From NCBI RefSeq assembly GCF_009914755.1, contig NC_060944.1: 64,000 nt of DNA; one strand, 5' to 3'. The notes beneath the pieces are model-generated. The model was not told the DNA's origin. It was given only the letters and a program-made list of their open reading frames with translations, and ran no database searches. Of this stretch, positions 63,623-64,000 are shown one piece after another; the first letter of the stretch is position 1; each line of letters starts with the position of its first letter. The position numbers were made by a program, and so were the translations under genes. This DNA is from the human T2T-CHM13v2.0 reference genome, Homo sapiens.

Positions 63623-64000
63623 AGAGATAACTGGTCTGATGGTTTCAATTTGCATTGCAGTTAGAAGCTGGGGAAGACATCCCAGTAAAAGCTGAGAGGT
63701 TGGAGGCAGAGCATCGGCTGTGGGGTCATAGAGAGGAGGCACCATCTGGGTCTTTTGGGAGTGGCACAGTGTGCCTTGGTGGCCACTGAGATGTGAGGAG
63801 GCCTGTCATCCGGCTAGTGACATGGCCAGACAGTGTACTACTGTGAACTTCAACTGTGATAACTGATTAGAAAACATGGAAGAAGTCAGTTTCTCGATCC
63901 CCCAGCCACCAATTCAGAGTCTATTGTTTATTGCAGAACAAAAAAGATAGACACACATTGAGAAATAAGGAAGGCAAGGACGCCCGCGTGCACACAGATT

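Overview
Primate (almost certainly human, chr20q11.22) genomic DNA, very rich in Alu elements. It contains the complete E2F1 gene (minus strand, 7 coding exons, 437 aa, with a U12-type AT-AC intron 4), the complete PXMP4/PMP24 gene (minus strand, 4 coding exons, 212 aa) and the promoter plus first coding exon of ZNF341 (plus strand). The most striking object lies between E2F1 and PXMP4: two head-to-tail SVA retrotransposons. The second (25093-26697) carries dozens of sense-strand A-to-G substitutions with ADAR-like neighbour bias, consistent with an A-to-I hyper-edited RNA written back into the genome. Its AATAAA has become AATGGA, and it is followed by an ~80-bp 3' transduction with its own ATTAAA, poly(A) and target-site duplication. 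Other notable items: a perfect-Kozak uORF ending 5 nt before the E2F1 AUG, a 36-bp G-rich VNTR next to the PXMP4 exon 3 donor, a cluster of GGAACAGC motifs in ZNF341 intron 1, and a fold-back palindrome plus inverted duplication at 60.4-63.1 kb. All counts are manual. Repeat family names come from recognition, not a database search.
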